DNA of 64,000 bases from Squalus acanthias (Eukaryota), in assembly GCA_030390025.1 (NCBI GenBank), contig CM059432.1, positions 19,408,001 to 19,472,000 on the forward strand. The letters are read 5' to 3'. Shown in pieces: positions 37,861-49,860 of the stretch (position 1 is the stretch's first letter; each line of letters opens with the position of its first letter). The notes beneath the pieces were generated by a model. That model did no database searches. It had not been told where the DNA came from and saw only the letters and a list, made by a program, of their open reading frames with translations. The position numbers and the translations under genes are program-made.

Positions 37861-39019
37861 TGATGACTGCCCACACCACGAGCCTGTCAATGTCCTCCTG
37901 CATTATTACTCAAAGTCTGTCATGGCTCCTGATTTGGAGTCATCAGCAAACTTCAATATCATTCTCCTTGCGCCATCTGTCCAAATATTCGTATAAATGG
38001 AAAACAGAAAAGGTTCTAGCACCGATCCCTGAAGCACCACTCTACCCGCAATCCAAAAATAATCCGGTTTCGTCCTACTCTTTGTTTTCTATCGCCCTAG
38101 CCATCTCTCCAACCACGCAGCTATTTTCGCTTTGCTATCACCTCTGCGATGTGGATTTAAATCCAGCCAAGACTGATAAAATGAAAATCTCACTGTCTAT
38201 AACAATCCTACGTTTGGGCGCCCTCAATTCTCATGGGCATCTAGTTGAAATTAAATTATAAATCTGAGCCAGATTAGCTGGTGGAGGAAATGGTAAAAAA
38301 AAAGTCACTGGTTCACTGGAGACGTTGTTCTGAACTCGGAGCTGCCGCACTTTGTTGGGCAGAGTTGGGGGGCAAGATTTCTTCGCTTTCTAACCTCGCT
38401 ATTCTTGACCTGGGAATGTTTGATGCTGACATTTTTTTTTTGCATGAAATGAAACATTCTGCTTGATCGGCACAATATTCACAAAAAAGGTCAAAGCATT
38501 CCTGTGTTGCAGCAAGCTTCAAACATAGCTTCAAAGCAGCCACGTTTCACTTCCAGCTTTGAGTAGTTCCAATGGCCCAGTGAAGGCTCAGGGGTTTTAA
38601 ATGAAATATTTATAAACAAGATAAGTCGCACCAACAAAAAGGCCAACCATAACATCAGTGTGACCACCCTCAAACTCCTGGTCGGTGTTAATCTCTGCCG
38701 ATTGAGTCTGTGCCTGTTGATGGCATCCCTGCCACCTTGTGTCTTTGTGACAATGGACTTTTCATAGAATCTCACAACACAGAAGGAGGCCATTTGGCCC
38801 ACCTCGCCTCTTTGAAAGAGCTATCCAATTCGTCCCACTCCCCTGCTCTCTCGCCATAGCCCTGCAAATGTTTTCCTTTCTCTGTATTGAATTGTCCGTG
38901 CCACCTAACTACCCTGTCAATGACTTACAGAAATATTTAAAATGAATTCTTGAAATTCAATTTTCTAGGAAAAGGGAACCAGTGTTCCTTTTGCAGGTGA
39001 GGAACTATTAAGGGATAGT

Positions 39020-40532
39020 GGGGAGAAATTGGGCATCTTCGCGCCTCCCGTTAGCGCCTCCCGTTGGCGCTAACGGCTTTGCGACTGGGCGCAGCGATAG
39101 TACCGACGCCTGCGAAATTGAGGTGGAAGTTTGCGGCGGCGGTAACTACTAGCGCCACGATCTCTTGCACCCGGAGATCGTGATGTCATCCGGGTGCACA
39201 GCGCCCCGGTAGCGCCCCGGCTCTGAAATTCACTCTCGCCCCCTGCCTGAGCGCCTGCCGTTAGCAACGACAGGCAGAGGAGGCGGTATGCAATCGGATG
39301 AGCGCTGGAGGAGCGCTATATAAAGGCATCAACTTCTGTTCTTTTTTAGTCTGCAAAGAATGCGGCCTTGTCAGTTTGACAAAAGCAAACAGGCGCTTTG
39401 AGCGATTTGAGCATTCTCAACTTGAAGGAGTATTCTGGCTGAGAAAACTTTATCACTTTCATTTGGGTTACATTTGATAGTGCAACATTTCCATCATTTA
39501 ATGGGGGCTGTACTGGCACGGGACCTCGCCCTCCAGCTTCACAGTCGGAGGCAGCAGAGGCAGAGAGAAAGATTGCAAAATATGGCCAGAGGGAGGAGGG
39601 TCAACAGAGTTCTCAACAGGAGGCCTCACCCTCCCAGGGTATTCCGGCAGCATTTCTCCTACATCAATCTCACTGAGGAGCAGTGTCTTAGAAGGCTCCG
39701 CTTCACCAAGGACGTGGTCACAGAGCTCTGTCACCTCCTGCAGCCAGACCTCGAGCCTCACATCAGGAGCACCACGTCTCTCTCAGTGGCAGTCAAGGTC
39801 ACCGTCGCCCTCAATTTCTACGCCAGCGGATCCTTCCAGTGTGCAACATGAGACGTATCTAACATATCGCAGTTCGCCGTCCATTGCTGCATCTGCGAGG
39901 TCACAGATACTCTCTACAGAAGGAGAAGGGACTGCATTTCCTTCCCCATCACAGAGAGAAGCAGCGCAAGCGTGCATGTGGCTTTGCCAGGATAGCGGGC
40001 TTCCCCATGGTGGAGGGCGCCATTGACTGCACTCACGTCGCTTTGCAGACACCTCATAACAATCCTGAGGTATTCCGTAACCACAAAGGCTACCATTCAT
40101 TTAATGTGCAGTTGATGTGCGACCACACACAGCGCATCCTCACCATCAATGCCCGCTATCCTGGCAGCAGCCACGATACCTTCACCCTGCACCAGACCGG
40201 TGTGCCAGCTCTGTTCCAGCCACCATATCAAGCTAACGGCCGGCTGCTGGGAGACAAGGGTTATCCGCTCTCCACCTAGCTCATGACTCCCCTCCGCAAC
40301 CCCAGCACTCGTGCCCAGCACTCATACAATGAGAGACATGCAGCCACCAGAAGCATCATTGAGCAGACCATCGGAGTGCTCAAGCAACGGTTCCGCTGCA
40401 TTGACCGTTCGGGAGGAGCCCTGCAGTACTCAGCTGAGCGGGTGTCCCTTTTTGTCATCGTCTGCTGCATGCTGCACAACTTGGCCATCATGAGGGCCCA
40501 GCCATTGCCACCAGGCATAGCTGCAGCACCTC
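39020..40532 (+). mobile_element. Truncated Harbinger sister element (transposase-side terminus plus transposase)
   Basis: Terminus GGGGAGAAATT followed by GCGCCTCCCGTTAGCGCC, the reverse complement of the intact element's right end. Cut off by CR1 tails at 40533. Confidence 0.85.
39501..40530 (+). pseudogene. Harbinger transposase pseudogene
   Basis: Clearly homologous to the 16232-17389 protein along its length. In-frame stops at 39849-39851 and 40277-40279 and a frameshift near 39950. Confidence 0.9.
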
Positions 40533-40672
40533 ATAAGAACATAAGAAATAGGAGCAGGAGTAGGCCACTTGGCCCTTCGGGCCTGTTCCGCCATTCAATA
40601 AGATCATGTAAAAGAATACAAATGCTTACTCTGGGAGTTGAAGCGTGGCCATGCTGATGTAATGGTTGTTGT

Positions 40673-41316
40673 AGAATCATAGAAGATAGGAGCAGGAGTA
40701 GGCCATTTGGCCCCTCTAGCTTGCTCCGCCATTCAATGCGATCATGGCTGATCATCCAAATTCAGTACCCTGTCCCTGCTTTCTCCCCATATCCCTTGAT
40801 CCCTTTAGCCTTAAGAAATATATCCAACTCCTTCTTGAATCTATTTAATGAATTGGCCTCCACTGCATTCTGTGGCAGAGAATTCCACAGGTTCACCACT
40901 CTCTGGGTGAAGAAATTCCTCCTCATTTCTGTCCTAAATGGCTTACCCCTTATCCTTAGACTGTGACCCCTGGTTCTGGACTCCCCAACCATCGGGAACA
41001 TCCTTCCTGCATCTAGTTTGTCCTGTCCTTTCAGAATTTTATAAGTTTCAATGAGATCCCCTCTCATTCTTCTAAAATCAAGCGAGTATAAGTCCAATCG
41101 ACCCAATCTCTCTTCATACGTCATTCCTGCCATCCCAGGTATCAGCCTTGTGAATCTTCGCTGAACTCCTTCCATGGCAAGAACATCCTTCCTCAGATAA
41201 GGTGACCAAAACTGCACACAGTACTCAAGGTGTGGTCTCACCAAGGCCCTGTACAACCGCAGCAAGACATCCTTGTTCCTGTACTCAAACCCTCTCGCTA
41301 TGAAGGCCAACATACC
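40673..41316 (-). mobile_element. CR1 3' fragment, same subfamily as 4941-6424
   Basis: MLAFIARGFEY..KAKGIKGYGEKAGTGY is nearly identical to the C-terminus of 4943-6337. Confidence 0.9.
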
Positions 41317-42831
41317 TAGGAATTGTCTGTTCCTTTGATATTTTCCTTCCAATAATGTAAAGCACATTAGGATGTTTACTATGTTAAAGATTTTATATAA
41401 ATGCAAATTGTTGTTAAAAACAAAACAACTCTCCAAATTTTAAGTAACAGTGATTTTCTGTAATCTCCCACTTACCTCCCAAGCTTCCATTCTTCGTCTC
41501 CTCCTGCTCTGAAAGTGATGACTCATTCTGCAGTACAGTTCCACAGATTCCACTGCCATCCAAGGCTTCACCCACAGGGCAATTCTACATGTGAGAATCT
41601 TGATAGCATTGAGTGTCAACAGGCTATTCATGTGTGAAGGGTATCACAGTCAAATCTGACCCTGTGCTCATCCAATGTCCACACATGCGCATTCTCCAGC
41701 ATGGATCATTGATAGCAATAAGGAACAAGTACCCTGGCTGTTTTTGGCCCTCTTCAGTGCAGTGGCCAATTGTTGTGTCTAGCTACCTCCTCAGCTGAGG
41801 TAAACTAGCTCAGCACAGATGGGAGATCAAACCTGGGAGTTGAACCATCAAGCCCATCCCTTCCACAGTTCCCTATCATGGGCCGTTCCCCTCCTGGTTA
41901 ATCTCCCAAAATGATGTTTTTGTTGTAAATATTCCGTGATCACCAAAGGTAAGTCCAAAATATTCTCCCATGCTCACATCAGCCCTAGCCTGCTGTCTCT
42001 CATAGACAATACTCTGTCCCCAGTCTCAGTGGCAGAGGATCATCCTGCCCTGAGGAACATTTGATCATCTTAGTCCATAGGGTAAAATTTGCAAGGTCAC
42101 TTGATGGGAAAGCAGAACATTTCTGCACAAATTAGTACAAAGGTCATTTTCATGACGCAGTTTACTTATAATGAGCAGTCCTACGCATTGCCATTTATAA
42201 CAATACACTTAGGCACATATATTGCTGCTGATGGTGCTTACTGGAGACTTTCTTTTGTATTCTTCCATTGAGATATTAATTCTTAAGTACAGGAAGGAGT
42301 CCAGAGAAAGCACTCTCCACATAATTGCAAGCACCTCTGTATGATTATGACATTTTCAGAAATCATTCTTTGTTTGGTAAAGTTTTTTTTCTTCAGAATA
42401 ATTTCCTCTCCTGGCCTGATAAGGATAAATACAAATGAGGAAGGCCACTCAGCCCATCTAGTAACTTATGATTTCCCCTGATCACAGTATCTAACTTCCT
42501 CTTGAATGACTCCAGAATTAATTCTATTGAAAGTACTGCCTGCGTGCGGGTGTGCAGTTCCACAAGTGGCAGGTACCCCTTGATACCTTGCCCATTATTT
42601 GTGATTGAGCCTTAACAGATTAACAGAAGGTTATCAAGGCAAAATAGATATAAGATTAAATGTAAGAGATTTAGGATAGAGAGTAGGAGAATTTTTTTTT
42701 ACACAAGGGGTTCTGAGGCGGTGAAATTCACTATCAGAGTTAGTGACCATGTCAACATTAAAGGTAGGTGGTTGAAGGAAAGGGGATTAATGGAATATTG
42801 CTGTAATTTCTATGCAATTCTATATAGTCAC

Positions 42832-44518
42832 TGTAGAATTCGCAATATATCGCGATTTTATAAATAAGGAGGAAAACACATAGTTTCGTTCAAACAGCTT
42901 TTATTTCAGCAGAATGCTGTCAGGTTTTCAAAGTGGACACAAGCAGCTTGTAAAATGGCCGCCACGCCTCGTGGCAGAACATTCTAGACTTTGACAGGCA
43001 GACAAGATGGCGTTCCAATAAACATTTGTGCAAGATCGATCAAGACTCAGCACATTTAAGATAATACACGAGACATCATGGGTTTGCAGTATACACATAA
43101 ATACTGAAATCGGTCTCCCAGGTGCGAATAAGGGCTATTGTACCAAGTAATCAAGAACCCATCCAAAGACATTAATATGCAAAATCCCAACGACTCTACG
43201 ATGAGAGAGCCGTTAGCGGGTAGTTACAGTAAACATTTGGGAGCCCCAAAACCCCTCCAGGGAAAACACCGACCGATTAAACAATGGGAGAAATATTAAC
43301 AGGTACTCAGACAATTACGAGTATCCCCGAAACCCATTAAAACGGAGATCACCCTATACAAGAAATTTGAGCGCCAAACCCTAACAAAAGAAAAGACATT
43401 AAGGTTGGGCGGGAAAAGGAAGATTTTGCACTATAACTGCAAGCTCCAACCGTCCATCTTTCTCTTATCCTCTTATCCTGCTGGCGTTTATCCTGGTGGC
43501 TGCTCTTGACTCGCCGTCTTGTTCCTGCTTGCCTCGTGTCTCTTTTCAAAAAGACTGTTGAACTTTACGATCCGCCAGGATCTACCTCGTGGCGTGCCGC
43601 GAAGATCTGTGTGGAACTGGGCTGTGAAGCCTTGAAACAGGCGCACCATCCCGAGAAGTCGGTAAACGGTGTTGGAACCGAAGGCCCGAGATGAGATGAG
43701 ATGAGAAGAGAAGAAGACCATACGTATCGCCACGGTCAGTAAGCTCCGACCGCGCCTGTAGGTCGAATAGACACTTTTCCTTGCCCAGAAAGACCATTTT
43801 TTGAGTTCTACAGAACTGGCAGGAAGACTATTCTTCGAATTTTATCGTATCAGTGCGAGGGCACAGGAAGACTCTTCTTTGAGTAGTATCAGAACTCCGA
43901 GGACAACACAGATCTTCATGACAACAGACGTTCCAGCCTGCTAGCCGGAGCAGAAACGAGTAAACAAGTGGGGTACAGAGACCCCTGATCGACACGTGGG
44001 TGATCAGGTGCTGCGGTGAAAAACATCCGATCAGAGTTTTCGGAATTCTCCGAGTTATCACGAGTGGTGAGCATGAGTCTCGATCCTACAAGTCTAGTTT
44101 AGAGCAGATATTGATAGGGGAGGGTTCAAGTTTTAAGGATAATTGTAATGTGTGCCCCCATTTACGATGTGTCGTTCGTTCCTCGTTTCCCTGAAATTAG
44201 CTACATAACTGCGTGTAAGATTGTACTGTCATTAATCTGTGCTTATGACATGTATTTCGTAATCTTAAATAATATGCAATAAAGATTTTCCATTTCGTAC
44301 CATTCAACCGGGTCTACCTGAGTTTTATCTCCATTACTGCTCTCGCATCTAAGTCCAGTGTCAGAACCGTAAGGGCGAGTGGGTCGAACCACTCACAGGT
44401 GTCTAGTGCTCTCAGACTGGCTGGAGACCAGAACAGGCAACAAGGCCTAACCTCGCACTAACATCCAGGCTGCACAGAGCCACACGAATCTCACAGGTTC
44501 AGAGAGAAAACCCTTACA
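42832..44518 (+). mobile_element. Long solo LTR (1687 bp), distant relative of the TGTA...TACA family
   Basis: TGTA...TACA ends, perfect 4-bp TSD TCAC (42828-42831, 44519-44522), AATAAA 44278-44283, TAAGTCCA..AGAACC and the U5 palindrome. CpG-rich. Confidence 0.85.
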
Positions 44519-44580
44519 TCACAGCCAAGCTTATTCCTGTCCTCACCCAATAGCCACACACATGTACTTGCAGCAGATAT

Positions 44581-44714
44581 AAAAGCAAAATACTGCGGAT
44601 GCTGGAATTCTGAAATAAAAACAGAAAATGCTGGATATACTCAGCAGGTCAGGCAGCATCTGTAGAGAGAGAAACAGAGTTAACGTTTCAGGTCGATGAA
44701 CCTTCGTCAGAATT
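44581..44714 (-). mobile_element. Penelope pseudo-LTR fragment with hammerhead core (44678-44714)
   Basis: Minus strand reads AATT-CTGACGA-AGGT-TCATCG-ACCT-GAAACGTT-AACT. Confidence 0.72.
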
Positions 44715-45264
44715 TCGTCAGCAGGCTTGCTGAATAGCTATCAGAAGCAGTAACCTTGGCCAGACCTCCCCTCCCTAATCTAGGAGAACTGAGCCTATTG
44801 TAGTGCCCCTACTACAAGTCTGGTTGAACAGACCAGGGATCAAACCTGGAAATTTGCAAGTCTGTATGCTTCAGCTTACACACTGCAATTATCTGTTGTT
44901 TCATAGTCAAAAGTCCCTTGACATTGGCAGAGTTTGTTGTCAATACCGGCCCTAACAGTGGGTTTACAATAGCAGAAACTCAGTGTTGTATGACTTGGTG
45001 ATAAGCCAGCAACTATGGACCATCTGCTCCACTGACAACTTCTATCTGTGTCCTGCAATGCTAATGAACTAGTCATATACAATGATAATGACAAGGCATT
45101 TATAGCCTTGTGGCAGAGAAGATTGTGAAGATACGATATGACAATGAGCTACACACTGCCTTAACTAGTTGAACATTGATGCGGAGATGCCGGTGTTGGA
45201 CTGGGGTGGACAAAAATGAGAAGTCGCACAACACCAGGTTATAGTCCAACAGTTTTATTTGAAA

Positions 45265-45301
45265 TTACGAGCTTTCAGAGCGCTGCTCCTTCGTCAGGTA
45301 A
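45265..45301 (-). ncRNA. Minimal type I hammerhead ribozyme motif in the Penelope 3' pseudo-LTR
   Basis: TTAC-CTGACGA-A-GGAGC-AGC-GCTCT-GAA-AGCT-C-GTAA. Confidence 0.7.
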
Positions 45302-45564
45302 AGTGAGGGAATACAAATCAGTTACAAAGCATATATAGACAGAGAACAATGTGTCTGCAGAGATACAATCCGTCAGGGAGGCATTACATGAAAGACACAG
45401 CAGAATACAGCTAAGACAATAAGGTGGGGTCACAGGGGGTCCAACATGTCAAATGCTGCAGTCTGCAGTCTGCAGTTAAGCTTTTTACTTTTTTTTAAAA
45501 CTGGAAATCACATCTGTGAACAAGACAACAATGACTCTAGTCTGGACTCTAGTCTGGACTCTAG

Positions 45565-47566
45565 TCACGTCCTGTAGCGTGACATGAATCCGAGATCCCG
45601 GTTGAGGCCGTCCTCATTGATGCGTAACTTGGCTATCAGTTTCTGCTCGATGATTTTGCGTTGTCGTGTGTCTCGAAGGCCGCCTTGGAGAACGCTAACC
45701 CGCAGATCCGAGGCTGAATGTCCTTGACTGCTGAAGTGTTCCCCGACTGGGAGGTAACAATCCTGCCTGGCGATTGTTGCGCAGTGTCCGTTCATACGTT
45801 GTCTCAGTGTCTGCATGGTCTCGCCGATGTACCATGCTGCGGTGCATTCTTTCCTGCAACGTATGAGGTAGACAACGTTGGCCGAGTCACATGAGTATGT
45901 ACCATGTACCTGGTGGGTGGTGTCCTCACGTGTGATGATGGTATCTGTGTTGATGATCTGGCATGTCTTGCAGAGGTTGCCGTGGCAGGGTTGTGTGGTG
46001 TCATGTTCGCTGTTCTCCTGACAGCTGGGTAATTTGCTGCGAACGATGGTACTTTTGAGGTTAGGCGGCTGCTTGAAGGTGAGTAGTGGAGGCGTGGGGA
46101 TGGCCTTAGCAAGGTGTTCGTCGTCATCGATGACATGTTGAAGGCTGCGAAGAACATGGCATAGTTTCTCCACTCCGGGGAAGTACTGGACGACGTAGGG
46201 TACTCTGTTGGTTGTGTCCCGTGTTCGCCTTCTGAGGAGGTCTATGCGGTTTTTCGCTGTGGCCCGTCGGAACTGTCGATCGATGAGTCGAGCGTCATAT
46301 CCCGTTCTTACGAGGGCGTCTTTCAGCGTCCGTAGGTGTCCATCGTGTTCCTCCTCATCTGAGCAGATCCTCTGTATTCGCAGGGCTTGTCCATAGGGGA
46401 TGGCTTCTTTAACATGGTTAGGGTGGAAGCTGGAGAAGTGGAGCATCGTGAGGTTGTCCGTGGGCTTGCGGTAGAGTGAAGTGCTGAGGTGTCCATCTTT
46501 GATGGAGATTCGTGTGTGCAAGAATGAAACCGATTCTGAGGAGTAGTCCATGGTGAGTTTGATGGTGGGATGGAACCTGTTGATGTTATCATGTAGTCCT
46601 TTCAGTGATCCTTCGCCGTGGGTCCAAAGGAAGAAAATGTCGTTGATGTATCTGGTGTACAGCGTTGGTTGGAGGTCCTGTGCAGCGAAGAAGTCTGCTC
46701 GAACTTGTGCATGAAGATGTTGGCGTATTGGGGTGCGAATTTGGTCCCCATGGCTGTTCCGTGTGTTTGGGTAAAAAACTGTTGTTGAAGGTGAAGACAT
46801 TGTGGTCAAGGATGAAGCGGATGAGTTGTAGGATGGCGTCTAGAGATTGGCTGTTGTTGGTGTTGAGTACTGAGGCTGTCGCAGCGATGCTGTCATCATG
46901 GGGGATACTGGTGTAGAGTGCCGATACGTCCATCGTGGCGAGGAGTGTTCCTGGTTCAACTGGTCCATGGGTGCTGAGTTTCTGTAAGAAGTCTGTAGTG
47001 TCGCGACAGAAGCTGGGGGTTCCCTGTACGATGGGTTTCAGGATGCCCTTGACGTACCCAGAGAGGTTCTCACACAGGGTTCCGTTGCCTGATACGATAG
47101 GACGCCCGGGTGTGTTGGCTTTGTGTATCTTTGGGAGGCAGTAGAAGTCTCCCACGCGAGGAGTACGTGGGATGAGAGCGCGCTGGATGCTTTGAAGGTC
47201 TGGATCGACGGTCTTGATCAGTCTATTGAGTTGGCGGGTGTGTTCTTTGGTCAGATCTGCGGGTAACTGTCTGTAGTGTTCCAGGTTGTTCAGTTGTCGG
47301 TATGCTTCTTTGCAGTAGTCCATTCTGTTCTGTATGACGATGGCTCCTCCTTTGTCCACTGGTTTGATGACGATGTTGCGGTTGGTCTTGAGAGCATGGA
47401 TGGCGTTGCGTTGTGCTCGGGTGACATTCTGGACTGTCTTGTGAGTGTGGCTGATGAATCTGGCGTTGATGCATTTCCTGACAGCTTGAGCATACATGTC
47501 AAGCTTAGGGCAGCGACCCTCCGGAGGGGTCCAATTTGACTCTTTCTTCTTCGGTTGCTGCACTGC
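45565..47566 (-). pseudogene. Penelope RT / zinc-finger linker / GIY-YIG endonuclease ORF, 5'-truncated, two frameshifts
   Basis: IKPVDKGG, FYCLPKIHK, GRPIVS, TMDVSALYTSIPH, RYINDIF (catalytic YIDD changed to YIND), linker PCHGNLCKTC and VVYLIRC..WYIGET..RMNGH. Frameshifts near 46775 and 46697. Confidence 0.9.
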
Positions 47567-47636
47567 GGATTGTATCTCTGCAGACACATTGTTCTCTGTC
47601 TATATATGCTTTGTAACTGATTTGTATTCCCTCACT

Positions 47637-47673
47637 TTACCTGACGAAGGAGCAGCGCTCCGAAAGCTCGTAA
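47637..47673 (+). ncRNA. Minimal type I hammerhead ribozyme motif in the inverted pseudo-LTR
   Basis: Stem I TTAC/GTAA, core CTGACGA and GAAA, stem II GGAGC/GCTCC, palindromic stem III AGCT. Confidence 0.75.
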
Positions 47674-48109
47674 TTTCAAATAAAACTGTTGGACTATAAC
47701 CTGGTGTTGTGCGACTTCTCATAGTTGAACATTGAGGGAGCTTGAGAAAGTAGTCCAAGAGAAAGCAGTCTAGCAACAGCAGAGGCAACAGCCTTGAAAT
47801 AACTGGACGAACTGTTAATGCAGTGATGACATGCTATTAAGCATGGGTGTTAACCCATATAAAATAATGGGTTATTGCATGTGTGAAAGTAGACGACAGA
47901 AGAATATCATAATAACAGTAAGGCCCTGATATTTACCGGGATGTGGGGAGGGTGCGGGTGAGGTCAAAATCGTCCGAAGAACCCGGCAAGGCCAGGGATG
48001 TGGAGGTCCTGCCGATCTTAATGGCAGTTCCTCAATTGCACCTTGTAGGGCCAGCTCCAGCCGGGCAGATAACCAAATGAACAGCCTGGCCTGCGGGCGG
48101 ATGGACAGG

Positions 48110-48500
48110 AGCTGAGGAAGCCCACAGTCAGGAGGCCTGGGGAGAGGAGACCTGGGATCAAGAAGGCTGGGGGGGGGGGCGGAGACCTGGGATCAGGAGG
48201 GATGAGGGGAAGGAGGTTGGAGACCAGGATGGCTAGGGGAAGGAGGCTGAAGATTGGGATGGTTGGGGGGTTAGGCCCGAGATCGGGAGGGCTGTGGGGT
48301 GGAGGCCCGCGATCAGAAGGGCTGGGGGCAGGAGACCTGGGATCAGGAGGGCTGAGGGGAAGGACGCTGGAGATCGGGAGGGCTGGAGGAGGAGGCCTGA
48401 GATCGGGGCTGGGGGAGGGAGGCTGGAGATTGGGGCTGAGGGGAGGAAGGTTGGAGATCGGGGCTGGGGGAAGGAGGCTGGAGATAGGGGCTGGAGGAGG
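48110..48500 (+). repeat. Imperfect G-rich minisatellite (GGAGGCTGGAGATCGGGGCTGGGGGA-like units)
   Basis: Visible repetition of GGAGGCTG/GAGATCGGG units. It accounts for the Pro- and Gly/Arg-rich ORFs at this position. Confidence 0.85.
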
Positions 48501-48653
48501 TCGAAGGCTTCCTTGAGGGACCTGGGTGGAGCACTCCTGCTCCTCCTGGCCTACAAGAAGTAGTAAAAGAGCCACTTACCTTGGGGAACCGGCAGCTCAC
48601 ACCTCAGTTCAGCTTCTGGAAATTCCATAGCTCAGGCCTTTCCCTCACTTTCT

Positions 48654-49860
48654 CAGTATTGCCAACTTTCACGAATTAATCGCGAAACACGCGATTTTAA
48701 TGAAAATTTACCCCAACTCGCGATCTCATGATTCAACTGTGAAAAGTCATTATTTTTTTCCTACTTAATTAATCTTCATTACGCCTGCTGGTGATTGGAT
48801 GCTCTGGGACACGTGGGTTAGGTCAGGCCGGGGGAGGGGGGGGCGGTCCACAGCCCCCTAGATGTCCGCAGGAAGATTTCAGGGGGTCCGCGAGTTGGTT
48901 TGTCCCATTACTAGTCTGCTTTTCCCATCAGTAGTCTCCCCTGCTCCCCCGTGTATTGAGATGATTTGGAATAGTCTCAGCCTGTGCATGCGTAGTTCTC
49001 GCTGTTCTGTTGGACACCATTTATTGCAACGTGGTTGGGCGAGTTCACTGGCTTGTACGGATTTATCTCGGCAAGTTTTTTTTTGATTGCTTCTACATTC
49101 AGCCCACCCACTGCTTTTAACTATTAAATAAAATAGAGGGAGTTGGAACTTCTTGCAATCTGAGTTGGGGGTGCGATAATCAGTGATGTTACTGCCATCC
49201 TAGCTCAGATCTGGTCACTCAGCATACTTCACCTGAGGAAGGAGCGATAGTTCCGAAAGCTTGTGATTTCAAATAAAACTGTTGGACTATAACCTGGTGT
49301 TGTGCGACCTCTCAATTTTTTTCACTCAGCATAGACCAGGGATCGAACCCAGGCACCTTCCTGCTCTTACATTAAGTAAGGAAAACAAAAATAATAAATA
49401 TATATCCTTAATTGTATAACCAATTTTTATACTCAGGGGGTTCCCAAATTTTTTATAACACGTGAGGGGGGCCTCAGAAGCAAGAGGCCCGAGGAGTGAG
49501 AGAAAACAGTGCTCGGGCCACATATGCATACTTGGGGGCGAGCTGCCAACACTGATCGTGCCTCCACAGGCAGCTTGCTCGAGCGAAGACATCAATGCCA
49601 GCACCAGCCCTCAGGCAAGTCCTAGGAGGGGGATTAGATTGGCTTGGGAGTGGGAAGGTTTTTGTAAAGCATTTTCAGATGCAGTAATACAGTTTTTGCA
49701 AAGAGCTGTGACCTGTTAGAGATTAATAAAGACACCAATGAGGTTTATAAACCAACTGTTTATGTTTGAAACAAAAATCAACTCCTGATTTCTGTACCAA
49801 ATCTCATGATTTTTAAGAGTTTTCCTCCTGATTTATGAGGCGGTGGGGTTGGCAATACTG
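48654..49860. mobile_element. Non-autonomous TIR DNA transposon (hAT- or P-like ends) with 6-bp TSD
   Basis: Perfect 13-bp TIR CAGTATTGCCAAC / GTTGGCAATACTG, with CTTTCT directly on both sides (48648-48653, 49861-49866). Confidence 0.75.
49229..49323 (+). mobile_element. Penelope pseudo-LTR fragment with hammerhead motif (49229-49266)
   Basis: TCAC-CTGAGGA-A-GGAGC-GATA-GTTCC-GAAAGCTT-GTGA, followed by sequence nearly identical to 47674-47720. Confidence 0.8.

Larger units (their letters stand above)
45180..47721 (-). mobile_element. Penelope-like (Neptune-type) retroelement with inverted 5' pseudo-LTR
   Basis: RT plus GIY-YIG coding region. A ~155-bp near-perfect inverted repeat (45216-45372 vs 47566-47722) and TSD TAGTTGAACATTGA (45166-45179, 47722-47735). 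Confidence 0.93.

Noticed and set aside
48018..48600. Pro-rich and Gly/Arg-rich ORFs
   Set aside because: Translation artefacts of the G-rich minisatellite.
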